DNA of 64,000 bases from Rickettsiaceae bacterium (GCA_021323225.1 JAJTCH010000001.1:689120-753119), one strand, 5' to 3'; numbered from the stretch's first letter, positions 1 through 9,773 are shown. Notes: a model not told the origin generated them from the sequence alone. Translations and numbers: made by a program.

Positions 1-86
1 TGCTTGAGGTTGTCAGCGATGACAATCCTAGACGAATGACTATCACCCTAAGCAATTAGGGGACAGAATCCGGCTTATGGGGACTT

Positions 87-113
87 GGTCATATTAATAA
101 TCTTAATATGACC
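87..113. other. perfect 11-bp stem / 5-nt loop hairpin abutting the dnaQ stop codon
   Basis: ggtcatattaa-taatc-ttaatatgacc read directly. There is no U-tract on either strand, so a terminator role is uncertain. Confidence 0.3.
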
Positions 114-114
114 A

Positions 115-801
115 CTAATATTCCCAGAGATTTTCTTTGAAATTCTTTAGAATAAAATCTTTGTGCGCTTTAATTTCTTCTTCATTTAAAGGAAATTTGC
201 GCTCTGGATAGGATGAGGAATCTGTAGAAATTTTGTCATCTTTTTGAATGGTTTTTTTCGCTTCAAAACCAATATCAAACATCGAAATTTGGTTACCACC
301 CATCAGCTCTATATAAATATCGGCCAGTAATTCCGCGTCGAGCAACGCTCCGTGTTTTACTCTTCTTGAGGCATCAATGCTAAATCTTTTACACAACGCA
401 TCCAAAGAGTTGCCAGCGCCGGGGAATTTGTTGCGGGCGATTTCTAAAGTATCAACAACATTACCGCGTTCAATAATTTCCAGGTTGCAACCACGCAAAT
501 GGTGGTTGATGAATTTCATATCGAAACCGGCATTGTGGATCACTAGCTTGCTATCAGCAATAAAAGCTAGGAAATCCTTAACCACCTCAAGAAATTTTGG
601 CTTATCTTTTAAAAATTCTCCTGTAATTCCGTGGATTTTAACCGCTTCTTCAGGTACTTCCCTTTCCGGGTTAATATAAACATGAAAGGACTTTCCGGTT
701 CTAACTTTGCCAATAATTTCAATACAGCCAATTTCGATAATGCGATGACCGTCTTTTGGGTCAAGACCAGTGGTTTCAGTATCCAGACAAATTTCTCTCA
801 T
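115..801 (-). CDS. dnaQ: DNA polymerase III epsilon subunit (3'-5' proofreading exonuclease)
   Basis: DEDDh exonuclease motifs LDTETTGL, HNAGFDMKF and HGALLDAELLADIY; 228 aa. Confidence 0.9.
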   Translation of the reverse strand: MREICLDTETTGLDPKDGHRIIEIGCIEIIGKVRTGKSFHVYINPEREVPEEAVKIHGITGEFLKDKPKFLEVVKDFLAFIADSKLVIHNAGFDMKFINHHLRGCNLEIIERGNVVDTLEIARNKFPGAGNSLDALCKRFSIDASRRVKHGALLDAELLADIYIELMGGNQISMFDIGFEAKKTIQKDDKISTDSSSYPERKFPLNEEEIKAHKDFILKNFKENLWEY

Positions 802-804
802 TTG

Positions 805-1440
805 TTAATTATTAATAAAATTTTTTAACAGCTGCAGGCCGGCGTCAGAACTTTTTTCCGGGTGAAATTGAGTGGCAATGATATTTTCTTTGGCAATTAT
901 GGCAGTCAAGTCTTCACCATAATTGACGCTTGCTATAACCTCTTCCGGATTTTTAGGAACAAAATGGAAGCTGTGAACAAAATAAAAATGTTCGTCATTT
1001 TTAATATTATCCAAAATTGGATGGGGCTTTTTAATGGAAATATTATTCCAGCCAACATGAGGAATTTTTAAACTGTTATTTTGGTCATCAATTTTCACCA
1101 CATTTCCGGAGATAAACCCGAGACCGGAATATTCTCCATGCTCAAAGCCAAAGTCAGCCAAAAGCTGCATGCCAACACAAATTCCCAAAAATGGTTTTTT
1201 GAGTTTTAGAACTTGGTTTTGTAGCTCTTCAACCATTCCGGAAATTGATTTTAAACCCGTAATACAATCGCCAAAAGCGCCAACTCCGGGTAGGATTATA
1301 TTAGTTGCAGATTTTAGGTCGTCAGAGTTGCTGGAGATTTTAACTTCCTGAGAAGAGTGTTTAACCAAATTTAGAGCATTAAAAACGGACTGCAAATTGC
1401 CGGAACCGTAATCAATGATGATTATTTTGGAGTTGTTCAC
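805..1440 (-). CDS. hisH: imidazole glycerol phosphate synthase, glutamine amidotransferase subunit
   Basis: Class-I GATase pattern IIIIDYGSGNL, nucleophile elbow GICVGMQLL, FHPEKS near the C-terminus. Confidence 0.9.
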   Translation of the reverse strand: MNNSKIIIIDYGSGNLQSVFNALNLVKHSSQEVKISSNSDDLKSATNIILPGVGAFGDCITGLKSISGMVEELQNQVLKLKKPFLGICVGMQLLADFGFEHGEYSGLGFISGNVVKIDDQNNSLKIPHVGWNNISIKKPHPILDNIKNDEHFYFVHSFHFVPKNPEEVIASVNYGEDLTAIIAKENIIATQFHPEKSSDAGLQLLKNFINN

Positions 1441-1452
1441 TTATTTAAGGGC

Positions 1453-1902
1453 TTACGCGGTGAAATGCCGCTCGGTGGATTCTTTAAACTTTTTAAGATC
1501 AACAATTGATTCACAGAAAATATCAGTATCTTTCTGGAAATAATTTTCAATAAAACGTATCTTTGCTTCGTCCCTATTTTTGCCAAAAACACAACCAAAA
1601 AACTGATAGCCCCGCGCTTTTAAATTCTCGCCATACCAATAGCCAGCATTAATGGCAATAATCAACAATAGGCCAAATATCAAGATTGCGGCGTCAAAAA
1701 ATTCAAAAATATCTTTATAAACAACTTCAATAAATAAGGTGCCTACCAACACTAGAGCAAGGGATTCCTTCCACATTTTGTGTTGTAAAAACCAGAAAAT
1801 ATTGAAAAAAAATGCTGAAAAGGAAAAGCTATTTTTAACCATCACCAAATCTTGGACCGCTTCGTTCTTCGATTTTTTGATGTAGATGCTAAAAAGCTTC
1901 AT
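1453..1902 (-). CDS. DUF2628-like small membrane protein
   Basis: Pattern VKNSFSFSAFFFNIFWFLQHKMW followed by two hydrophobic helices. Family assignment is from memory of the DUF2628 signature. Confidence 0.5.
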   Translation of the reverse strand: MKLFSIYIKKSKNEAVQDLVMVKNSFSFSAFFFNIFWFLQHKMWKESLALVLVGTLFIEVVYKDIFEFFDAAILIFGLLLIIAINAGYWYGENLKARGYQFFGCVFGKNRDEAKIRFIENYFQKDTDIFCESIVDLKKFKESTERHFTA

Positions 1903-1968
1903 GGGAAGAGAAGATTTAGAAATTAGTAATTTGAAAATTAGCCAATTCCCTATCTGAATTAACCTAAA

Positions 1969-2325
1969 CTATTTTACAGCTGCCTTAGCTTTCTCAACAA
2001 TTTGTTTGAAGACATTTGGCTCTTTAACCGCAAGATCAGCCAGAATTTTTCTATCCAAACCGATATTAGCAAGCTTCAAACCATTGATGAATTGGGAATA
2101 AACTAAACCATGTTCACGAACAGCGGCATTGATTCTTTGGATCCAAAGACCTCTGAAATCTCTTTTTCTAACTTTTCTGTCTCTATAAGCATAACGCAAA
2201 GCCTTTTCAACTTTTTGAATAGCAACACGGAAGCAATTTTTTGCTCTGCCACGATAGCCTTTAGCTAGATTTAATATTTTTTTATGTCTTGCTCTTTTAG
2301 TGACACCTCTTTTTACACGACTCAT
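1969..2325 (-). CDS. rplT: 50S ribosomal protein L20
   Basis: [18 protein letters not shown]...GYRGR, a typical L20 N-terminus; 118 aa. Confidence 0.95.
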   Translation of the reverse strand: MSRVKRGVTKRARHKKILNLAKGYRGRAKNCFRVAIQKVEKALRYAYRDRKVRKRDFRGLWIQRINAAVREHGLVYSQFINGLKLANIGLDRKILADLAVKEPNVFKQIVEKAKAAVK

Positions 2326-2349
2326 TTTCTACTCCGAATATTGATTTAA

Positions 2350-2553
2350 TTAGCGATTGTAAGGCATTAAAAACTTAAGAGCGCCTGCAGTATTTGCCTC
2401 GCTCAAAATTGCTGATTTTCTTAGATTTCTGATCTGATTTTGGCTTTTTTTAGTCATGCCATGTCTTTTGCCGGCAGATTTGTGCTTTATCTTGCCGCTT
2501 CCGGTAACTGATAAGCGTTTTTTAGCGCTGCTATTTGTTTTTAACTTAGGCAT
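2350..2553 (-). CDS. rpmI: 50S ribosomal protein L35
   Basis: MPKLKTNSSAKKR...GKIKHKSAGKRH; 67 aa; directly upstream of rplT. Confidence 0.9.
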   Translation of the reverse strand: MPKLKTNSSAKKRLSVTGSGKIKHKSAGKRHGMTKKSQNQIRNLRKSAILSEANTAGALKFLMPYNR

Positions 2554-2599
2554 TGGTTAGATCTTTTGAATTTGTGAACCAGTTGCTATTGTTGCTAGT

Positions 2600-2676
2600 T
2601 GGTGGGACCGGTAGGACTCGAACCTACGACCAAGACGTTATGAGCATCCTGCTCTAACCAACTGAGCTACAATCCC
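2600..2676 (-). tRNA. tRNA with CAT anticodon (elongator Met; Ile2-lysidine type not excluded)
   Basis: Minus-strand cloverleaf folded by eye: GGGATTG acceptor, GCTC/GAGC D-stem, CTCATAA anticodon loop, GTAGG-TTCGAGT-CCTAC T-arm, encoded CCA. G1-C72 pairs, so it is not an initiator. Confidence 0.8.
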
Positions 2677-2708
2677 TAAAAATCGAGTGAAGATTTAGTT
2701 GCGGCAAC

Positions 2709-2734
2709 AAAAAGGAGTCGGGAATTTACCGACT
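2709..2734 (-). terminator. putative rho-independent terminator downstream of grpE
   Basis: Minus strand reads agtcgg-taaattc-ccgact, then cc, then ttttt. The plus strand also has a T-run after the stem. Confidence 0.45.
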
Positions 2735-2768
2735 AACTTTATTTTTTGCAAGAAATTTATTACCTATT

Positions 2769-3308
2769 TTAACTAGTCACCACAACTAAAGCCGGCCTGA
2801 TTAATCTATCACCAATAATATATCCCGCCTGTATCACCTGTTTTACCACCCCACCCTCTTCTCCTTCGGCTGCTGGCAATTGAGAAATTGCTTCATGATA
2901 GTTATGGTCGAATTTTTCTTCCAAAGGATAAATTCTTTTGATGCCGTATTTTTCCAGAACCTTCACCATCTCCTTCTTGGTCATGATCATTGCATCGGCA
3001 AAATGTTTCACCGATGGAGATTTTTCAACATCTTCTGCCGGCAAATTTTCTGACGCCAAATAAAAATTTTCTACAACCAAAACCAAATCTCCGGCAAAGT
3101 TGGAAACAGCATATTTATTGGCTTTTTCAAGCTCTTCACGATTTCTTTTTCTGGTATTTTCTAACTCTGCCGCCAAACGCAGAAAGGAATCATTCAAGCT
3201 TTTATTTGCTTCTTCCAGCTTGGAAATTTTTGCCTCAAGCTCTTGGTTTTGATTTGGTCGTTCTTCAGTTTGGGTTTGTTCTGGATTATTATTTTGTTCT
3301 TCAGTCAT
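2769..3308 (-). CDS. grpE: nucleotide exchange factor GrpE
   Basis: Coiled-coil N-terminus; RLAAELENTRKR motif; C-terminal beta domain GYIIGDRLIRPALVVV. Confidence 0.9.
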   Translation of the reverse strand: MTEEQNNNPEQTQTEERPNQNQELEAKISKLEEANKSLNDSFLRLAAELENTRKRNREELEKANKYAVSNFAGDLVLVVENFYLASENLPAEDVEKSPSVKHFADAMIMTKKEMVKVLEKYGIKRIYPLEEKFDHNYHEAISQLPAAEGEEGGVVKQVIQAGYIIGDRLIRPALVVVTS

Positions 3309-3415
3309 AGGCTTTGATGCTTTGAAATGATTGGGAGGCCAAGAAATCTATAGTTGTAAATAACTTTTTTCAACCTATTTTCTAAAAGTTATTAGTAATT
3401 TTAGCTTTATTCTAC

Positions 3416-3886
3416 GTGGTTAAAAGAATCATTTTCTGTTTAGGCTCAAATGTCGGAGACCGTCAATTTTATATTGATGAAGCCATAAAATCTCTTGAAT
3501 CCAGGCTGGAACTAAAAAACTTAAAAAAATCCTCTATTTTTCAAAATCCCGCCAAACTTTTAGAAGGATCTCCAAAGGAATGGGATATGGATTTTTTTAA
3601 TATCGCCCTTTCCGCTGATATTGATTTAGAAAAATTCCCACCGTTAAAAATCCTAAAACTCATTCAACAAATTGAAATTGATGTCGGCAAAAATTACCGC
3701 GGCAAATGGGCGCCACGGGAAATTGATATCGATATTGCCTTAATTGACGGGCTAAAAATGAATCTGGAGAATGTTTTACAAATTCCTCATCAGCATCTTC
3801 TTGAAAGGGAATTTTTCCTAAAAACCATCGAAGAAATCGAACCAGATATTCTTCTTGCAGCATCTAATCTTAAATCCTCCCAATAA
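3416..3886 (+). CDS. folK: 2-amino-4-hydroxy-6-hydroxymethyldihydropteridine diphosphokinase (HPPK)
   Basis: CLGSNVGDR N-terminus; REIDIDIALIDG and PHQHLLEREF motifs; GTG start. Confidence 0.8.
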   Translation: MVKRIIFCLGSNVGDRQFYIDEAIKSLESRLELKNLKKSSIFQNPAKLLEGSPKEWDMDFFNIALSADIDLEKFPPLKILKLIQQIEIDVGKNYRGKWAPREIDIDIALIDGLKMNLENVLQIPHQHLLEREFFLKTIEEIEPDILLAASNLKSSQ

Positions 3887-4539
3887 TGTTTGTTAAAAAA
3901 GTTGCATTACTGACCTTATTATTTTTGCTTGGCTCTTGCGTTTTCCTGACTGAAAACAGCCTTAAACAAAATGTTAACCAAAACAGTTTTTTAAACCGCT
4001 TCCCAGAAAATCAAAAATCAATTATCATTTTCAAGGCCAGAGGAAAAGCCAAAAGCAGCATTTTGTTTTGCGATCAAGAATCAACAAATGACTGTCGAAA
4101 AATTTATGTTTCAAACCATTATCAAATTTTAATGCTAGAACCAGGCATTTATTCCTTGCAAGCCAACTCTTATGATTCGCCGATTTTTTCCAGATTTAAA
4201 AAATCAAATAAAGAACTCGTTTTGCTGGAATTAATGCCAAGAGAAATTGCTTATTTGGGAACTTTATCAATTAGAAAACGCAGCAATAGCAATAATTCTG
4301 CAAGCAGGTCTAACTTTGAAGTAACTAGCGACTCGGGGGCAAAAGATGATTCCCAGATGATAAAAAATCTACTGGAAAATAATGAGCGTCAAAAGCTGGA
4401 AGAGCTTTTTGCCAATCAAATTTTAGAAATTAATTTTCTGATTGATAAATATCCTGAAGTAAAAAATCTCTTTAAAAAAAGATTGATCAAAGCTCCTAAA
4501 TTCAATGAAAGGCAAATTGATGATGAGAATAATTATTAA
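3886..4539 (+). CDS. hypothetical lipoprotein
   Basis: Signal peptide with lipobox LLGSC; no family recognised. Confidence 0.5.
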   Translation: MFVKKVALLTLLFLLGSCVFLTENSLKQNVNQNSFLNRFPENQKSIIIFKARGKAKSSILFCDQESTNDCRKIYVSNHYQILMLEPGIYSLQANSYDSPIFSRFKKSNKELVLLELMPREIAYLGTLSIRKRSNSNNSASRSNFEVTSDSGAKDDSQMIKNLLENNERQKLEELFANQILEINFLIDKYPEVKNLFKKRLIKAPKFNERQIDDENNY

Positions 4540-4924
4540 ACTGTTTTTGTTGATTATGCTTGCCTCTTGTCAGGCAAAATCCGGCAATAAATCAGTCATT
4601 AAGCTTTATAACGCGGACTTGCAAAAGGGTGTAAGCTTGAATGAAATCACTAAAAATTACGGCGATTATTCAAAAAAATGGAAGGACAATACAGGGAGAG
4701 ACTTATATCAATATAGCTTTTCTACCAACCGCTATGATCTCATTTCTTATCTACCAATCATCAATCATTTTGGCTGGATAAAATCAGAAAATTATGAGGT
4801 GCTTTTAGTGTTTGATAAAAAGAATTTGCTGATTGAAAAGAAAAGATTTTATAACCGTGCCAAATCAAGAAACAGCCTGGTTTGCAACCCGGAAATTTAT
4901 AGCTGTTTAAGAAAAATCTATTGA
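4505..4924 (+). CDS. hypothetical small lipoprotein (start may be the ATG at 4520 or 4523)
   Basis: Lipobox MLASC after a K/R n-region; overlaps the end of the previous lipoprotein gene; weak BamE/SmpA-like feel only. Confidence 0.5.
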   Translation: MKGKLMMRIIIKLFLLIMLASCQAKSGNKSVIKLYNADLQKGVSLNEITKNYGDYSKKWKDNTGRDLYQYSFSTNRYDLISYLPIINHFGWIKSENYEVLLVFDKKNLLIEKKRFYNRAKSRNSLVCNPEIYSCLRKIY

Positions 4925-5695
4925 GATCGGCACATGATCCGAAGGTTGGGTTTCGATTCTAAAATCTTTAAAGATCTCTGCTTTTTGTAAATTGTTTTTT
5001 AAATTTGGCGTGACCCAGATATGGTCTATTCTTCTGCCGCGGTTTGATATAAAAGGCTCCAAAGCACGATAACTCCACCAACTATAAAGTTTTTCTTCCT
5101 CGCCCAAAAGCGCTCTGTGGCTATCAATCCAAGCTAGACTGGCTCTTAGATTTTCCATTTTTTCCAGCTCAATTGGTGTGTGCGAAACAACTGTTAGCAT
5201 TTGTTTATGCGACCAAACATCATTGACTAGAGGCGCAATATTCATATCGCCAAGCATGATGATTTTGTCATCTTTGCTGTAGTTGGCAGCAAAATATTGA
5301 GTCATCCAATCCACAAATTTTAGCTTGAAGTCAAATTTGTTATTAAGCGTAATATCAGGAATATCGCCGCCCGCCGGCACATAAAAATTATGCAAAATCA
5401 CTCCATTTGGTAATTTAGCGGCAATATGTCTTTTATGTCCGGAATTTAAAATATCATATTTCTTAATATCGGTAAGCGGCACTTTTGATAGGATAGCAAC
5501 GCCATTATAGGATTTTTCCCCAATAAATTCGACAAACTCAAAGCCAAGATTTTTTACAAGCAAAAGTGGAAATTCGCTATCTTGAACCTTGGTTTCTTGG
5601 AGGCAAATAATGTCTGGATTTTGTGTTTTAACTAGCTTTTCTAAAAGAGGAAAACGCAAACGAAGGGAATTGATATTCCAGGAAATTATTTTCAT
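4907..5695 (-). CDS. xthA: exodeoxyribonuclease III (AP endonuclease)
   Basis: MKIISWNINSLR, CLQETK, GDMNIAP and C-terminal SDHVP motifs of the EEP/ExoIII family. Confidence 0.9.
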   Translation of the reverse strand: MKIISWNINSLRLRFPLLEKLVKTQNPDIICLQETKVQDSEFPLLLVKNLGFEFVEFIGEKSYNGVAILSKVPLTDIKKYDILNSGHKRHIAAKLPNGVILHNFYVPAGGDIPDITLNNKFDFKLKFVDWMTQYFAANYSKDDKIIMLGDMNIAPLVNDVWSHKQMLTVVSHTPIELEKMENLRASLAWIDSHRALLGEEEKLYSWWSYRALEPFISNRGRRIDHIWVTPNLKNNLQKAEIFKDFRIETQPSDHVPISIDFS

Positions 5696-5743
5696 TTGAC
5701 TAGAGATTTGATGGAAAAAGAAAAGTAAACCGAAGCCTAAAAG

Positions 5744-6124
5744 CTAAGCAATATCAGATATAATTTGATCCAGCTTTTTCAAATTAACCTCGATTCTGGC
5801 AATGATTTTATTAAGGGAATCTTTCGTCTCCAACTCATCAGAAGAAATATCATCAGCTTCATCTTGATCAACCTCCTCAGATGTCTCTTTTAACTCCTGA
5901 TCCAGCAATTCTTTTAAATGGTCTATATCATGGCCTTCCTCAAGCAAGGTTTTGATTGCAACAAAAACCTCCATATCCCTATCGGAATAATGTCTTCTAT
6001 TGCCCTTGCCAATTTCAGGATTTATTTGTGGAAATTTTGATTCCCAAAAGCGAATTGTCTGAGCATCCACTTCAAGCTCCTTTACAACTTCGCCGATAGA
6101 TCTTTTTTTGTCAGATTCTTCCAT
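5744..6124 (-). CDS. MerR-family transcriptional regulator
   Basis: N-terminal HTH SIGEVVKELEVDAQTIRFWESKF and RHYSDRDM; acidic C-terminal tail. Confidence 0.7.
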   Translation of the reverse strand: MEESDKKRSIGEVVKELEVDAQTIRFWESKFPQINPEIGKGNRRHYSDRDMEVFVAIKTLLEEGHDIDHLKELLDQELKETSEEVDQDEADDISSDELETKDSLNKIIARIEVNLKKLDQIISDIA

Positions 6125-6160
6125 AAGTGGTTATGATTTAGAAGCACTAAACCAATCGCC

Positions 6161-6640
6161 TTAATTGATGATACGACTGATATTTTCTATAGATTTTGCT
6201 GACAATTGTGCCGCTTGATTGCTGGAAATATTTGCAGCCTTTTCTTCAACAATTTTAATTGCGGAATTTATAATTTCAGATTTTATTTCTCTAATGGCCT
6301 TTTCCTCTTCGGTTTTGATTTTTTCTTTGGCTAGACTGGTTCTTTTGGCAATTTCTTCTTCCAATGCTCTTTGTGAATCTGCCAGCAATCGGCTAGCTTC
6401 ATTTTTAGCATCTTCAATTAATTTTTTAGAATATTCCAAAGATTCTTCACGATGTTTTTTTGCGTCAGAAAAGAGTTTTTCAGCTTCTTCTTTTAGCTGT
6501 TTTGCTTGAGCAATTTCATCAGCAACTTGTTTCGATTTATCATCTAAAAGGGCAAGTATTTTTGGCATCACATATTTGATCACCAAGCACAAGAATAAAA
6601 GAAATGATATGGCTAACCAGAATTTAGGGTCTAAAAACAT
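6161..6640 (-). CDS. atpF: F0F1 ATP synthase subunit b
   Basis: Single N-terminal TM helix then a long charged coiled coil; last gene of the a-c-b'-b cluster. Confidence 0.8.
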   Translation of the reverse strand: MFLDPKFWLAISFLLFLCLVIKYVMPKILALLDDKSKQVADEIAQAKQLKEEAEKLFSDAKKHREESLEYSKKLIEDAKNEASRLLADSQRALEEEIAKRTSLAKEKIKTEEEKAIREIKSEIINSAIKIVEEKAANISSNQAAQLSAKSIENISRIIN

Positions 6641-6648
6641 ATTCTTTA

Positions 6649-7092
6649 CTAGTTAACTTTATTACCAAGAAATAGATGGCTGATATCTTCAGCTAATTTT
6701 TCCATCACCTTTTTGCGTTCACTTTGAGAGCTGTTTTTGAACTCGGCAATTTCGATTTTTGATTGCTCCATCATTTTAGAAATTTGCAACCTTAAATTAC
6801 TCAAACCTTCTTCTTTATGAAGGCTGGCCTGTTTGACCGATTGATCAATCGCGTCTTTATATTGCGATATCGAACTTTCTTTTAATTTTTTATTAGCCTC
6901 TTCAATTTCATTTGTTTGAGAGCAAATTTGCAAAGCAAGGGACTGGTTTTTGTCGATATTGGAATGTCTTTCTCTAAGGATTTCCCTAATTCTAGGCAAA
7001 AATATTTTGCTCATTGAGAAATAAAGCAGCCCGAAGCAAATAGCTAACCAAAATAACTGGGATATAAATGATGAAGGATCAAATTGAGGCAT
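6649..7092 (-). CDS. atpF2: F0F1 ATP synthase subunit b' (second b-type subunit, alphaproteobacterial layout)
   Basis: MPQFDPSSFISQLFWLAICFGLLY N-terminus typical of b'; coiled-coil remainder; position between c and b. Confidence 0.75.
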   Translation of the reverse strand: MPQFDPSSFISQLFWLAICFGLLYFSMSKIFLPRIREILRERHSNIDKNQSLALQICSQTNEIEEANKKLKESSISQYKDAIDQSVKQASLHKEEGLSNLRLQISKMMEQSKIEIAEFKNSSQSERKKVMEKLAEDISHLFLGNKVN

Positions 7093-7152
7093 CGCTTACT
7101 ATTAATTATAGTGGGAAAAATGGCTGGTAATTTTTACCAGCCATTAATCTGT

Positions 7153-7377
7153 TTATCCAAACAAAATCAAGAAGGCTAAAAGAACAGCAAAAATGCCCAT
7201 CGCTTCTGCCAAACCAACCGCAATATAAATATATTTTTCAATTTTAGCAGATGCAGAAGGATTTCTAGCAATACTATTAAAGAAAGCAGCAAAGATATTG
7301 CTGATAGCAATCGCAGCAGCAGCCATACCGATAGAAAGCAAGCCAACGCCGATATATTTTAGTGGTAGAAGTTCCAT
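7153..7377 (-). CDS. atpE: F0F1 ATP synthase subunit c
   Basis: 74-aa helical hairpin with ARNP loop and the proton-binding Glu in GLAEAMGIF. Confidence 0.9.
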   Translation of the reverse strand: MELLPLKYIGVGLLSIGMAAAAIAISNIFAAFFNSIARNPSASAKIEKYIYIAVGLAEAMGIFAVLLAFLILFG

Positions 7378-7497
7378 GTTTTTTAATTTTAAAATTAATA
7401 TAAAAATCTGCCCAATTTAACTAATGTTTTAACTAGAGAATCCTCAAAATTGACCTTGGCCAATTTCGTTTAAAACATTGATAAATTTAAACAAATA

Positions 7498-8247
7498 CTA
7501 GTGTTGCTTGGTCACATCGCCCAAATAGGCACAAACCAAAATTGCAAAAATATAAGATTGTAGCACTGCCACAAAAAGCTCAAAGCCAGTCATGATAACG
7601 GCAAAAAGCATTGGCATGGTTCCAAAAATTACCCCAAGGGCTATGATGAAACCGGCAATGACTTTTAAAAGCACGTGACCCGCAACAATATTGGCAAACA
7701 AACGCACTGAGAGTGTAAGTGGCCTGATTAGAAATGAGAAAAATTCAATCGCAAAAATAAACGGAGCCATAAAAATTGGAACTCCGGAAGGAAGAAACAT
7801 ATGTAAAAAACCACCAAAGCCATTTCTTGCGATGGCAAAAATTGTGATAGCTAGAAAGGCAATCATGGCCAAGCTAAAAGTAACGGCAATATGGCTAGTT
7901 ACCGTAAAGCTATAAGGCGTCATACCCAATATGTTGCAAAACAAAATAAAGATAAAAAGACTGAAAACCAAAGGGAAGAATTTATTTCCCTCATTACCAA
8001 TACTGGTTTTAACCATATCAGCAACAAAATTATAAACAGATTCTGCAACAGTTTGAAGACGACCGGGAATTAGGGACTTTTTACGCGTAGCTAAAAACAT
8101 GAACAAAATGGCGGAAAGAGTAGCCAAAATCATGTATAGCGAAGAATTGGTCAGGCTGATATCCCAAGCACCGATTTTTAGATCGAATATTTTTTCAATT
8201 TTGAACTGATCGAGCGGGCTATGCTTCTCGTGAGCTATGTCAGACAT
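7498..8247 (-). CDS. atpB: F0F1 ATP synthase subunit a
   Basis: Polytopic membrane protein with the conserved LSVRLFANIVAGH motif. Confidence 0.9.
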   Translation of the reverse strand: MSDIAHEKHSPLDQFKIEKIFDLKIGAWDISLTNSSLYMILATLSAILFMFLATRKKSLIPGRLQTVAESVYNFVADMVKTSIGNEGNKFFPLVFSLFIFILFCNILGMTPYSFTVTSHIAVTFSLAMIAFLAITIFAIARNGFGGFLHMFLPSGVPIFMAPFIFAIEFFSFLIRPLTLSVRLFANIVAGHVLLKVIAGFIIALGVIFGTMPMLFAVIMTGFELFVAVLQSYIFAILVCAYLGDVTKQH

Positions 8248-8337
8248 CAGGACTTTAAAGGATTGTTAAAAAGAGGCGGCATTTTTGTTGAAGAGAAGCA
8301 GAAAGTCAACAAAAAATTGGCAAATTTAAGCAGATGA

Positions 8338-9621
8338 TTAGTTAGAGAAACCGCTATAAAATTCGACAATTTGGGGATTGGCCCTGATTCTGTTAAAATC
8401 CAGACGATCAATATATAGACCTTCCAACTTTCTCACTCTTGATAGGGCAACATAAATTTGGCCATCGGCAAAAACTTTTCCTAAATCGCATTTCACCTTA
8501 TCTAAAGTCATGCCTTGAGATTTATGGATTGTCATTGCCCACGCAAGCAATAGAGGTATTTGCGACATTTCCGCTTCAGTTATTATTTGCCTTTTTTCAA
8601 CGTCAAATTTTTCTAAAGCCCAAACTTCAGGAGCAATTGTTAGAACTGCGCCATTATTGAATTCAACAATCGGATAATTCATTTTTTTAGAAAATTCTCT
8701 GATAATTCCTAGAGAACCGTTGATCACGCCATCTTTTTGGTAAGTATTTTTTAACATCATCACCTGCGCTCCAACTTTTAGCTCTAAGCTGTCACTGGCT
8801 AAACAATTTTTGCGCAGGAAATCAATTTTGGAAGAATCGCCGGAAAATTTGGCAGCAAAAACTTGCGAGTTAGAAGTGATTTTTTTCAATTCAATTTGAT
8901 TGATGGCATCAGCTTGGGCATTATGCGAAGCTAGAATTGTTGGCCTTAAGGCACTTGGTTCTTCTTGCAGACCAATTCTTGACTTTAGAGACTCGATATC
9001 ACTTTCATCAATTTTCCCAAATCGAACATTATTCAGCAATCTAACAAATCCTTCATCTTCCTGGCGAAAAACAGTTTTGAGCATAATCGGCTTTGGACTT
9101 AACTCTTTCCAAGCATTCGATTGAAAGCAAAATTGATAATTATCAGCCAATTCTCCGCTTCTATTAACTGGCGGAAGTTGCAAAAAGTCACCAAATAAAA
9201 TTATCTGCAAATCGCCAAATGGTTTGTCATTTTCCCTCACTGCTTTTAATAACTCATTTAACAGATCAAAAACTGGCGCCGAGATCATGGAAATTTCGTC
9301 AATAGCAAGCATCTTCGCCAATTTTAATTTGCGCCTTATGCGGCTGAATTTTGCAGAAAACATATTTTCAATAATTTGCTCTGCCGGCAAATTTCCAAGA
9401 CCGATTGCCGCCCAGGAATGCAAAGTTTGCCCACCAACATTAACCGCGGCGATGCCAGTGCTAGCGGTGATATGCAAACCAGCATCAGAATAATTGGCTT
9501 TTAAATATTGCAATAAATGGGATTTACCCGTTCCAGCGCTGCCGCTAACAAAAACACTGTCACCATCTTCAATTGCATAGACAACTTTTTTTTGTTCTTC
9601 AGATAGTAATTTTATGGACAT
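8338..9621 (-). CDS. Pif1/RecD-family SF1B DNA helicase (ATG at 9621 preferred over TTG at 9633)
   Basis: Walker A GSAGTGKSHLL, LAIDEISM, GDFLQLPPV, TIHKSQGMT, ALSRV. Order and spacing match the Pif1-like helicase core. Confidence 0.75.
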   Translation of the reverse strand: MSIKLLSEEQKKVVYAIEDGDSVFVSGSAGTGKSHLLQYLKANYSDAGLHITASTGIAAVNVGGQTLHSWAAIGLGNLPAEQIIENMFSAKFSRIRRKLKLAKMLAIDEISMISAPVFDLLNELLKAVRENDKPFGDLQIILFGDFLQLPPVNRSGELADNYQFCFQSNAWKELSPKPIMLKTVFRQEDEGFVRLLNNVRFGKIDESDIESLKSRIGLQEEPSALRPTILASHNAQADAINQIELKKITSNSQVFAAKFSGDSSKIDFLRKNCLASDSLELKVGAQVMMLKNTYQKDGVINGSLGIIREFSKKMNYPIVEFNNGAVLTIAPEVWALEKFDVEKRQIITEAEMSQIPLLLAWAMTIHKSQGMTLDKVKCDLGKVFADGQIYVALSRVRKLEGLYIDRLDFNRIRANPQIVEFYSGFSN

Positions 9622-9773
9622 TTTAATTGACAAAAATATTTGGCTTGGGTAAATTGCCCGCCTGCTTTTTCTAACGGAGATTTATATTGATGTTTGTTTA
9701 TGTAGGCTTTGAGCGCTAAATACAACCTCACAGAAAGCAGATCCTAGTTCTTTAAAACTTAATAAATCAAGCA

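Noticed and set aside
1-86. Unassigned 86 nt at the window start (..gatgacaatcctagacgaatgactatcaccctaagcaattaggggacagaatccggcttatggggac..). Considered as the 3' end of a gene or a piece of a two-piece alphaproteobacterial tmRNA.
   Set aside because: The only short reading frames end in ..TITLSN or ..ILDE, unlike tmRNA tags. No T-arm or acceptor features are visible, and the fragment is too short and truncated to assign.
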